Source: Marsupella aquatica
Lineage: Eukaryota > Plantae > Marchantiophyta
Direction of reading: 5' to 3'
DNA: 64,000 nt
NCBI GenBank assembly: GCA_973895155.1
Contig: OZ316893.1
Coordinates: 4,826,977 to 4,890,976 of the forward strand
Below, piece by piece: positions 10,081 through 20,941 of the stretch (the first letter of the stretch is position 1; each line of letters starts with the position of its first letter). The notes under the pieces are model-generated. The model was not told where the DNA came from. It ran no database searches and saw only the letters and a list, made by a program, of their open reading frames with translations. The translations under genes were made by a program, and so were the position numbers.

Positions 10081-13000
10081 AGCCGGGAGTATGCCCTGTG
10101 CACGTCATCTAGGAGAGCAGATGATGTGTGGATTCTTGATTGTGCTTGCTCTTTTCATATTTGTTACATTCGTGAGTTTTTCAGTTCTTACTCTGTTTCA
10201 AACGGTTAAGTTCTGATGGGAAATGATCACTCCTGTCAAATTGAGGGAATTGGTCAAATTGAGGGAATTGGGTCTGTGAAGATTCAAATGTTTGATGGCG
10301 CTATGCGCATAGTGTCCGGAGTCAGGTATGTACCTGGCATGCGTAAGAATCTGATTTCACTTGGTGTGTTGGATTCAAATGGTCATCAATGGAGCGTTAT
10401 TGATGGTGAACTTCAAGTCAGGTCGGGAGAGACAGTGATTTTGAAGGGGAGTAGACAAAAGAATTTGTATGTGTTACAGGGCAATACTGTATGTGGAGAG
10501 GCCAATGTAACCAAGTCTCACGAGGAGATGACTCAACTGTGGCATTCACGGCTAGGTCACATGAGTGAGAAGGGTTTAGCTATCTTACGGAAGAATGGAC
10601 TCATTTCTGATTTGCAATCTTGTAAATTAGAGTTTTGTGAGTATTGCATTCTTGGAAAGCAGCATCGTCATGCTTTTGGTGTTGGAACTCATCATTCCAA
10701 AGCGGTTCTTGAGTACATACATAGTGACGTGTGGGGTCCATCCCCGACTCCCTCACACTCTGGAAAGTTATACTATATATCATTTATTGATGATTACTGA
10801 AGATTTGTGTGGATTTATTTCATGACGCATAAGTCTGATGTCTTGTCCATTTTTAAGAAATGGAAGGCCCAGGTGGAGAATCAGACTGGAAACACGATCA
10901 AGTGTTTGGATACAAGGGTGAAGAGTCTGAGGTCAGACAACGGTGGGGAGTACACTTCAATGGAATTTGAAGAGTACTGTTCATAACAGGGGATAACTCG
11001 CCATCTCACCACAGTTTATACTCCGCAGCAGAATGGTGTCGCTGAGAGGCTCAATCGGACACTATTGGAGCGGTCACGGAGTATGTTGAGCCAATCAGGT
11101 TTACCACAAGAATTTTGGGCAAAATCTGTCAATACCGCAACTTATTTGGTAAATCTTTCTCCTTCTAGTGCTATCAATTTCAAAACGCCGTTTGAGATGC
11201 GCTATAAGCGGCAAGCAGACTATCATGGCTTGGTAGTTTTTGGAAGTGATGCATATGCTCTCACACCGAAGCAGAATAGGACCAAGTTGGATCCTACCTC
11301 CAAGAAATGTGTTTTTCTTGGGTACCAGAGTGGTGTGAAAGCCTATAGGCTATGGGATCCTATTGCCTGTAAGCTCGTTGTCAGTAGGGATGTTTCCTTC
11401 AATGAATCCAGATTATTGAAGGAGGGGGAGAATACTCAGGTCTCCCGTACTGACAAAGGAAAATCTCCTATCCCGGATCTCATTGAGGGGGAGATTGGTT
11501 ATGAGGTGCATGACCGGAGAGAAGGAGTTGCTCCAATTATGGAGCTGGTTCCTGTGCCAGAGGAACCAGAGGAGTTTATTGATGCTGGTGAGCAGCAAGT
11601 GGATGTTGTTGAGCTTCAAATTGTACCAGCACACGCAGATCAACCGGAGTCATCGGCTAGAAGAACATCTGGTCGCACTGTACGCGCTCCACCAAGGTAT
11701 GGACAGTGGGTTGATTCATCTCAACTGCAAGAGGATGATTTTACAGCTGATGATGAGGGTGATGCGTTAATTTTGGAAGAAGGGGAACCTTCTTCATTTC
11801 ATGAGGCAAGTGCTTCAAAGGAGAAGCAGAAGTGGACTGCAGCAATGCAAACAGAGATGCAGTCACTAAAGGACAACAAAACTTGGGAGCTTGTTAAGCT
11901 GCCTAAGGGTCAGCAAGTGGTGGACAGCAAGTGGATTTACAAGCTGAAGGATAATTCCATAGGAGGTGGATCGAAGGTCTACAAGGCTAGGTTGGTAGCA
12001 AAGGGATTCACACAAGAGAAAGGTGTGGATTACAATGAGGTCTTCTCACCAGTTGCTAAGTACTCTACAATACGACTATTGTGTGTACTTGTTGTAATGT
12101 TTGGTCTGTTGCTAGATCAGATGGATGTTGTCACAGCTTTCCTCTATGGCACATTGGAAGAGGTGATCTTCATGAGACAACCTCTAGGTTTTGTGAAGAG
12201 AGGACAGGAGAAATTGGTTTGCAGATTGCTGAAATCCTTGTATGGGTTGAAGCAGTCACCAAGACAGTGGAACAAGCGGTTTGACAATTGGATTCGGTCA
12301 CAAGGTTTTCACAAAAGTGTATTTGACCCTTGTGTGTATTTAAAACCGGTAAAGAATGTTGTCTTTGGGTTCATTGTTTTAGTACTTTATGTGGATGATA
12401 TGCTAATTGCAGCCAAGGATAGGTCTGAGATTGTTAAGCTCAAGGCACTGCTTAGTGCAGAGTTTAAGATGAAGGACTTAGGGCCAACTAAGAGGATTTT
12501 GGGTATGGAGATCACTAGGGACTTGGAGGCTGGCAAGCTATGGTTGACGCAGAGCAGTTATGCGAGGAAGGTAATTGCAAGGTTCAACATGGGGAATAGC
12601 AAGCCAGTAAGTACCCCGTTGGCTCCACACTTCAAGTTATCATCAGCGTTCTGTCCTACGGATGACACAGAGAAGGGGTTGATGTCAAAGGTTCCGTATG
12701 ACAAGGCAGTGGGGAGTCTCATGTATTTGATGACTTGCACTAGACCTGATCTTGCCATGGCTATGGGCAAGGTGAGCAGGTACATGTCGAATCCAGGGAA
12801 GGTACACTGGGAAGCAGTGAAGTGGATTATCAGGTACTTGAAAGGTACCGTGGATCATGGTCTTTTATTTGATGCGAATGCAAAGAATGCTAAATCATTG
12901 ATTGGCTATGTTGATTCTGACTATGGACAAGATTTGGACCGAAGGAGATCAACAACAGGATACGTGTTCACACTTGGCAGTGGATGCATAAGTTGGAGAT

Positions 13001-13371
13001 CTACTTTGCAGAAGTGTATTGCTCAGTCTACTACAGAAGCGGAGTATGTTGCAGCTGCGGAAGCAGCAAAGGAAGCGATTTGGTTGGATAGACTTATCAC
13101 TGAAATGGGATTGCCACAGGGGAATGTGAAGCTCCATTGTGATAGTCAAAGTGCGCTCCACCTTGCTGTGAACCAGGTGATGGACAGCAGAGTGAAGCAC
13201 ATTGACGTCAGGTACCATTTTATCTGGCAGACTGTGTCTGATAATTTGTTTGAGCTAGTCAAGATTGATGGTAAACTCAACCCGGCTGACGCATTTACCA
13301 AAGTGATTTCTTTGGAGAGTTTCTCTAGACACCGTGACGTATTGCAGGTTTTGCAATTGCATCACAAGTAG
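10081..13371 (+). pseudogene. pol: Copia Pol (protease, integrase, reverse transcriptase, RNase H), same frame as gag, interrupted by 2 internal stops
   Basis: PR WILDCACSFH; GAG-pre-integrase LWHSRLGH...CEYC; IN HSDVWGP, SDNGGEY and NGVAER; RT YVDD; RH GYVDSD...KHIDVRYH. In-frame stops are TAA at 10207-10209 and TGA at 10798-10800 (IDDY*R, where IDDYSR is expected). Confidence 0.93.
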
Positions 13372-13550
13372 AGTTTTCTTAACATTCATTGTAATTACTG
13401 ATATATGCTCTTCCTCATTCCTATTTATTAGGCTACGGCTTAGTTCTGGTTTACTCTAGTTAGAGAGGGAAACCGGTTTGGTTTTTGTCCAGAACTTCCC
13501 GCTGAGGGATCATATACATTGGCAATATTACTCTCCCCTAGACCAGAGTC

Positions 13551-13560
13551 AAGGGGAAGA
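13551..13560 (+). other. Polypurine tract
   Basis: AAGGGGAAGA, 1 nt before the 3' LTR. Confidence 0.85.
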
Positions 13561-13561
13561 T

Positions 13562-13964
13562 TGTTGGGTATTTACTCTTACGTCTAGGTTAGGTATGACG
13601 TGGTTGGTACAACAACGTGGGTTGGTACAACTACGTGGTTAGGTACAACTATGTGATTAGGTACAACTATGTGGTTAGGTACAACTACGTGGTTAGGTAC
13701 AACTAAGTTGCACACTATATCATAAGAGGCATGTGTGCTTGGAGAGGTAGAACCAAGGCTCATTGTTATGGAGCCACTTGAGAGATAGGGAGAGCTTACA
13801 CTGTGGAGACTCGGTATAGCTGACGGGCTTAGAGTTCAGTAAAGCTCTCTTGTGTGTTCCCGTGGACGTAGCCTCAAGGAGGTGAACCATGTATTTCTTG
13901 TGTCGACTATTGTGCGTTGGATGGTTCATGGGCTTGCCGTTGCGATCGTCGTCTATGCTCAACA
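13562..13964 (+). repeat. 3' LTR of the copia element
   Basis: 403 bp, TGTTG...CAACA, followed by the ATAAG TSD. Confidence 0.97.
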
Positions 13965-14539
13965 ATAAGAACCACTCCTGTGACTTGGTTCACAATATCA
14001 TCTTGCATCATACAATACCTCAGTCAACTATGCTACAGATAGAAGTTTAGGAGACAGATGGGAAGGGTAGCTCATGAAACAGTTTACTGCTGGTGTTTTG
14101 CTGGTAGGGTAGTTATACACCTTAAACCTAAGTAACAGGTAATTAAAACTAATTCATACACAATCTAATGCTTAAAAGATGAGTCTAGAACAGGCAAAGT
14201 CCCGGGTGAACTACGTGACTTGCAAATCAAAGAGTGTAGGATTTGCCGTTATTTAGGCCGTCTCAAATTCAGGTTGGTATCACCAGAAAAATTTCAACAG
14301 AAAATATGTTATTGAGTTCTGTTGAAATTTTTCTATAAGAAAAAGTAAGAAAAGTCAGGTTTGGCATCACCGGCTGCTCCCGGTAGGAAGCTGTTAAAGT
14401 ACATATAGGAAACACTTATCTGCTATTTTAGGCTGTCCATAACTTTACTGCCAACTAGAAGTTTTCAGTGGGGGGTTCCTTGTGAAGTTGTTTTGAGAAG
14501 CCCTATTTGTGTCACCTCCCGTAATCACTGGAAACAGCT

Positions 14540-14965
14540 TTTCACTAACCTGTCCCCCAAACTACCCGATATTACTAACATGCTCCCAAAACAAAATTAA
14601 TTTTTAACACGTCCCCCATTTTGTACTTGGGTGACCAGTATTATCTCATATTTGGGTTCCCCGGCCCTTGCCACGTGGCAAGTTAGTACTGGCTAGCCTT
14701 AACTCACAGCCACCCCCCTCGCCCACCTTCCCCACTGCATTTTTCTGAGTAAAATGAGGTCCTAGTGTCGGATTTTTGTGGGGGGAGTGTGGAGTGAAAA
14801 ATGATGTACTTTTGCCCATCCCGGACCTTACTGTGTTATGCAAAGGGGAGGGGGCCAGGGCGGAGGTAGTTTAAGGCTAGCTAATAGTGAGTTGCCATAT
14901 CAATGATAATGAGAACCCCATATGAGTTAATCCTGATCCCAATATGAAATGAAAAACTGGTTACG
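14540..14965. mobile_element. Degenerate fold-back (Mutator-like MITE) element
   Basis: 14645-14703 is an imperfect inverted repeat of 14868-14926; 14540-14640 resembles the arms of the element at 37261-37645. Confidence 0.5.
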
Positions 14966-15156
14966 GGTCCAGTTAGAGACTCTTGCAAATTTTAAAATTC
15001 AGAGAAAATTCCACGTCAACAATTAATTCATATCCGTTGGATTTTACTTATCAATGGTGGAGATTGTGCAATGTGCCTTAACACTCGTGTGATGGTTGAA
15101 GACACTCGTGTGACAAGCGTGAAGAAAATGTCTGGTTCATGTGCAGGAATGATACA

Positions 15157-15524
15157 CATTTTTTGATACCAAATTTAAATAGAAACTTGCATAGTACTTT
15201 GGGCAATAAAATAAGACAACAAGTCAATCTTAACCATTGATGTTTATTGATCAATGATGAGAATTGTAAAACATGGATTGGTGCACAATAAACTCACTCG
15301 TGTTAGAATTGTCATGCGTATGAGAATTGTTTGAGGGACATATTTTTTGATACCAAATTTAAATAGAAACTTGCATAGTACTTTGGGCAATAAAATAAGA
15401 CAACAAGTCAATCTTAACCATTGATGTTTATTGATCAATGATGAGAATTGTAAAACATGGATTGGTGCACAATAAACTCACTCGTGTTAGAATTGTCATG
15501 CGTATGAGAATTGTTTGAGGGACA
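15157..15524. repeat. Near-perfect tandem duplication, 2 x 184 bp
   Basis: GATACCAAATTT occurs at 15165 and 15349, and the units appear identical through ...GAGGGACA. Confidence 0.92.
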
Positions 15525-15864
15525 GATTAATAAAAAGTTGCCACTGAAAATCCAACCTAGTGAGCTTTGTGTCTACTCTATTGGAGACCTTTAGCGCTAC
15601 GCGTATGTACCAGAAAAGACATACGATTTAATGAGCACCATTCGTATCATGTCCTTAGAGCACAATACAATTCCGGACGGAGGAGTAACGGACAAAGAGA
15701 CGCTTTCTTGAAACCCTTTCACTGGTGTGCAACAGTCTCTTTTTTGGGGGAAATCCTGATTGATTGATTGATTATTGATTGACCTTGGTACCTTGCACTG
15801 GTTCTGAGCAGGCAAGCATGCATACCTGACCACTCGTGCCAGCTTACGCGGCTAGGCTGACCCG

Positions 15865-15915
15865 GCCAATCTACAGTACCCGCCAATCTACAGTACCCGC
15901 CCAATCTACAGTACG
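15865..15915. repeat. Minisatellite, 3 x 17 bp (CCAATCTACAGTACCCG)
   Basis: Read directly from the sequence. Confidence 0.85.
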
Positions 15916-16618
15916 TGTCTGCCTGCCTTGTGGTGATCAAAGTGTTCTCACTTGTACAAGGAGAGTACATTCTTATTAGGCAAGCTCAGTGTCACAGCAG
16001 GCAGGGTAACCTCGCATGCCGCGTGCGTTTCGACATTGTGCAGGCGAGAAATGAAGCCCGTCCGACAACTTTTTGTAGTTCGGATATGGAGGGGAATATA
16101 CATTCCTTGAAACTCGAGCTGACCTTTCAAATGATTATAATAAATAGCAGTACGCGGCAGAATAGGCGATTATAACTCGCGACCCAATTCCCTTTACGCC
16201 GTCCGTCAGCAAATATGGGCGAGAACGCTCGCACATTTTTAATCAAAATGGCACCACCCAGGAAGGGAAAGTACAAGGCTTGGTTCCCTGCTCGCTACTC
16301 TAGCCTATGTATCGCCTGACAGTGAACAGGATGATTGAGAAGTCAATTTTAGGCCTGCAAATATTAGATTTCGGCCAGCTTTAGCAAGTCTATTCTGCCA
16401 GACAAAGGGTACTGATGTTGAAACTATTTGTCAATTATGCGCTTTAACATCTGGGTACAGTGACTTCTGTATGAGCGCCGAGGCCCCCTCTAGATTCTTC
16501 GTGTAAAGGACACGAGCGCATCCCGGTCAATTTTCCGGGTAAAAACTCGGCGGTGTTACTTGCCTTAGGTACATCTTCGCATTGCATTGATGTATGCTGC
16601 AGCTGTAATCTGGAAAGT

Positions 16619-16809
16619 CGGGACACTCGGCACATCTCTACTCTGAACATTTGCGCTAACAATAATTTTCTTATTCAGGTCCAGGACATGTTAATAGCAC
16701 TGGATCAGTCTTGAAAGACGGGACACACGGAACATCTCTACTCTAAACATTTGCGCTCACGAAATAACTTTCTAATTCGAGTCCAGGGCATGTTAATAGC
16801 ACTGGATCA
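16619..16809. repeat. Diverged tandem duplication, 2 x ~100 bp
   Basis: CGGGACAC..GG.ACATCTCTACTCT..ACATTTGCGCT...CATGTTAATAGCACTGGATCA at 16619 and 16719. Confidence 0.85.
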
Positions 16810-17499
16810 TTCGAGATCAGCTTCAACAATCATTTCGTTTCACAATCATTTCATTTAAGAAAACGACGCTGAAGATAGCACCTCGTGCGTAATTACTTCA
16901 CTGCATTAATATCTAATTTTCAAACGGTCCATTCCATGACTGAGAGAGCAGCACTCATTCAGTCAAATGTCCACGTTACGGAGGTGCTGGTATCAGCCCA
17001 CCACTGTCGGCTATGCCAAGAGTCTGGAAATCGACATTTCCAGAGAATGTGCATCGGATTAGCAGAGCGACTACCAGACCTCACCATGAACAATGGCGAA
17101 CTGGGTAGCTTCAAGAGGAAAAGCATTCGAGATCTTGACATTGCTTAAAATCAGAACTTGTGTTTTATTGCTCAAGATTTCCCTCTGGTAATTCTACGTC
17201 CACATCCAGCCTGGTGACAAGGAAACCCGATACAAACATATTGGTGCACGTCGTCGAGAGATGCATCCCCTCAGACGGATCGGAGACGGAAGTCGCCCTT
17301 TCACAGCTATTTGAATCGACGTCTTCAATAGTTAGCAAGAGCAGGCACGGCAATCATGAACTACGTTACATCACTCGTTCTCAAGGCAGCTGCTGAGATT
17401 AGCTTGCACATTCACTCCCAGTAAAGTTCCTGACTAACGACCTCCGAACATGAAGGCGACTCGTAAAATATATCGAATCCAACCCTTTCGAGATGCAAG

Positions 17500-20400
17500 T
17501 CACAGCGAAGACTCGGGCAGGGTTAGAGTCTGAAGAGCTGTTTGCAGCGTCTCCTTCGGGAAATCGCCTCCTTGTTGAGGTGCCTGCGCGCAGTGGAAAC
17601 GATGAGATCAGATAAATGCTAAAATGACTGTCAGTCAGGCGCCCATACGAAATGCTTAAACAACTGTGCTCCCAAACTTGATACCAGTGCGCTAGGCCAC
17701 GGCGAATGCTTCTTCGATCAGCTCTAGTACTTTTACTGAAAGTTATTAAAACGTCGTTACGTCGTCCAAAACGTTAATGTGAGTCACGTAGATTTTTCTT
17801 CATATCAACAGGAGAAAAAATGCCCTCGTATGCATCCATGTTTACAGTCGCGAGCTCCGGTAAAATTTTGAACATTTGGAGGGCAATATTTAATTAGGCA
17901 GTCTTACCCCAGGGGCAACACTCGATGATGGACGTGCTTCCCATCTGAGGTCACCGCAAGAATAACCAAACTCATGCTACAATTATCGCCGCACAAGTTG
18001 TTATTCTGATACGCACCAGTCAACAAGGTAGTGGATCGGAGTTTAAACGCAGATCAAGAGAGAGCAATTGAAGTAGGTCAAATGGATGGGGTCAAAGCAA
18101 AACTTACCAGAACATGGAGGCAGTGAAAGACAGTGCCGCTGCTAGTGCTGATGTGTGCATTGATGACATCCAACTTGTGGCTTTGCATGATCAACAATAT
18201 TCGGGAAAAAATTCCTTTCTTCTTCATGCTACTCATTGTTATGAAGGCGTTGCTGCCACTGATATGTAGGGCCACATTGGGCATCACAAACGATTGAAGG
18301 CATGATTCATTTGTGACGCTCGGTACCATTCCATCGCGTGGAAGGTTGCTAGCAACATGCTTGAGGTTAGCCACGGAGCCTACACGACTAACCGTCATAT
18401 CTATAGGCTTCCGACGTAGAATGTCTGCTCGTCTCTTATTGAGTTCATCCAATTTCAACTGAAGCCCTTGAATGTACTTGATGATTTCAGATACAACGGT
18501 GGACTTATCAGTCTGCAGTGAACGTCCAAGGGAAACGCGTTAGCTAGAGGAACTTCGACTCTAAGTCTCACCAGACAAAGTCTGAGGACCCTAAACAAGA
18601 ACGAACTCCACTCACCAGGTGAGAACGTGAGTCCTGTTAGGTGAAGGAAGCAACTAAATGTGAAATTGCCTTTGAAACAACCATGAATATTATTTACCAG
18701 CTTCAAGCACGTTCTAGCTGTGAACTTGGCCAAAAGAACTAAACAAATGTAATTAAAGTGAAAGAAGATATTTGTCCATACAAGCCGTCCTCTGCCAACA
18801 ACCAAACCTCCAAAACCGACTCCTAACATCCCGTCCTAAAAGTCGACTACTAGCTAGGATTAAGATCCATGTGGAGCAGTCGACCTACTTTACGGAGATG
18901 TCAGGGATCCAAGTGGGAATGGAAGCTGTATGGGCAGTGCACCACATTTAACCAGGTTCTAAATCAAGTAAACCTTCTCCGTTTTTGGGCAGCCCTGGCA
19001 CTTCGTTCATAGGTATTCTGATGGAAAGAAGACGGGAATTCTGAGCCTACGAGAGGACCTTGCGGGATGGTGACGTAAACATATGATGTAGAATGGCGAT
19101 ATGATGTATAGTAATTTTTCGTTTGATTGCGTAGAACTGGTACTGATCGTGGGACAAAGCAGCCGCAGAAAGTTTTTATACGTCGGAGTCAACGTACGCG
19201 CTCAAGACTTCAAGGACGATTTTCTATGCTGAGAAGTTGGAAGACAGAATGAGGTAATTAATACAGTACTGCATGAACAAGACCGGGTACCCAAACAAGG
19301 AGTTCAGATGTCCACCTTCCCGATCACATCCGACTTTTACGAAAACTTCCTGCCATCAGAAACATATTGGTCTGGCCCAGATGCTGGCTCTCTGAAATTT
19401 CTGATTCGTACGCAGTGTGAAGGTTTTCGTGTCTGATCACTGCCAACAAAATCAAACCGTTCTAGCAAAGGAAGCAGGTGGGCGAGCAGGATTCTCGGCA
19501 AGTAGATGAGTATACACGTCAACATGTACCCACCCATAGAGAGTAACACACTTACAGTGCGCAACTTGGCTAAGTATGGCTAATAAAAATCTTTGCAAGG
19601 GTGCTAGGATCACTCCTAATCAAGCACAAATGCCTCTGAAAGTACTGCCCCTAATCTCTACTCCGCCCGGTTTGACAGATGATATCACTAGCCTCGCTCC
19701 AGTTTTAGGTTTAGAATAATTTTTAACCGAGTGAGGTTGAATATATGACATCTAAATGTAAAGCTTGCACTCGAACACGAACTACGAGGAGGAAGGAAGG
19801 ACACGAGCAAGGCCCCAACTGAGCTATGCGAGGGATGTGAAGTATTGTAAAGAACGCATACAAAATCTCTGCAGTATAAGTCATGAAGCTGACTACACAG
19901 TGTGCGGAAATCCTACTGAACGGCAACATCAGACATTTCAGATGTCGTCGTGCGTCTAGACGGCATCGCCAATTTTGAACCCATCATAACAGCAAGACGA
20001 TAAATTGAGACTATCAGGAAGGAGCATACCTTGGAAGTTGGTTGTGGTAGTAACGATCTGAGAGTGGAAAACAAGTGGTTCATACCCTTTCGCCTCTGCC
20101 GTTCTGACCATATGTGGCTTTCTCTCTGTGTAACAGCCCGCTTGCCTTGCCAAGTCTTATGAACCCCAAGAGATTTCTCTGCTGGCTGCAACTCCGTATT
20201 AGAAGAATATCTTGCCTGCGACAATGGGGTGGTCACTGGCGAGCACTTCAGATCTCTGGTGTCCAATCTTAGAGGGCTGGTGTCTGTTGTCGGAGATGGT
20301 TCTGCTGAGTTTTGGAACCCTCCATTGCTGGCTGGAAGCAGGTTGGGAATTGATACGTAAGGCGATTGCACGCTGCGCACCCCACTACACCATGACTGAA

Positions 20401-20941
20401 GGTCAAAACTCTGCTGCTGATGTTGTTGGCCGTGAGATGCTTCCACGACCCTCGGCCCGAACAGGCTGCTGGAAGTACTGCCTTTGTGATCATCATGAAT
20501 GTTCGACGGATGTATGATAGTTGATGATAACTGCATGGATTGTCCTGAAAACGGTAAGCTCAGTTCCGAAATGCCACTGATTGTTGCTGGCTTAACCTCT
20601 TGAGCTTCAGCAACTGAAGTGGGCCAGGCCCAATCCTGGAGCTCTCCCAGTTGTAGAATTGTCTCTACATCCACTTCCTCCACGGCGGGATTAAGTCCAG
20701 CCCTACTAAAGTTTGGTGGATGTTGTAATTGTAAGGAGTTTGAGGGTGACACAGTTGACGAAGGGTCTTCTTTCACAGGGTGAAACGTTGACGTGCAAGA
20801 ATCCACTTGATATGATCGATGCACATCATAGATATTTTGTTGCATCGTTGGTCCCTTCGATAAAGAAAAGGCATCAGGATGCACGGTGTGCAAATTAAGA
20901 AGGCCCGGGCCTAGCCCAGCTGATCGACAATGAGATGGCAT
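17500..20941 (-). CDS. ZOU: ZHOUPI/RGE1 (bHLH95)-like bHLH transcription factor with C-terminal ACT-like domain
   Basis: Exons 20941 (or ATG at 20845)-20030, 18512-18108 and 17583-17500 join in frame with GT-AG introns. bHLH: QRESHIWSERQRRKGMNHLFSTLRSLLPQPTSK|TDKSTVVSEIIKYIQGLQLKL. ACT-like: PNVALHISGSNAFITM...KKGIFSRILLIMQSHKLDVINAHIS. The HIW.ER.RRK motif and this C-terminus resemble ZOU. Start codon uncertain; orthology not tested. Confidence 0.8.

Larger units (their letters stand above)
8243..13964 (+). mobile_element. Full-length Ty1/copia LTR retrotransposon (Tnt1-like polyprotein), 5722 bp
   Basis: 403-bp LTRs at 8243-8645 and 13562-13964 (TGTTG...CAACA); ATAAG TSD at 8238-8242 and 13965-13969; PBS and PPT present; domain order gag-PR-IN-RT-RH. 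Confidence 0.98.

Noticed and set aside
10068-10089. Micro-intron GTATGT...GGAG that would remove the gag stop
   Set aside because: At about 22 nt it is too short for normal spliceosomal excision, lacks a pyrimidine tract and would shift the frame; the donor could still pair with a distant acceptor.
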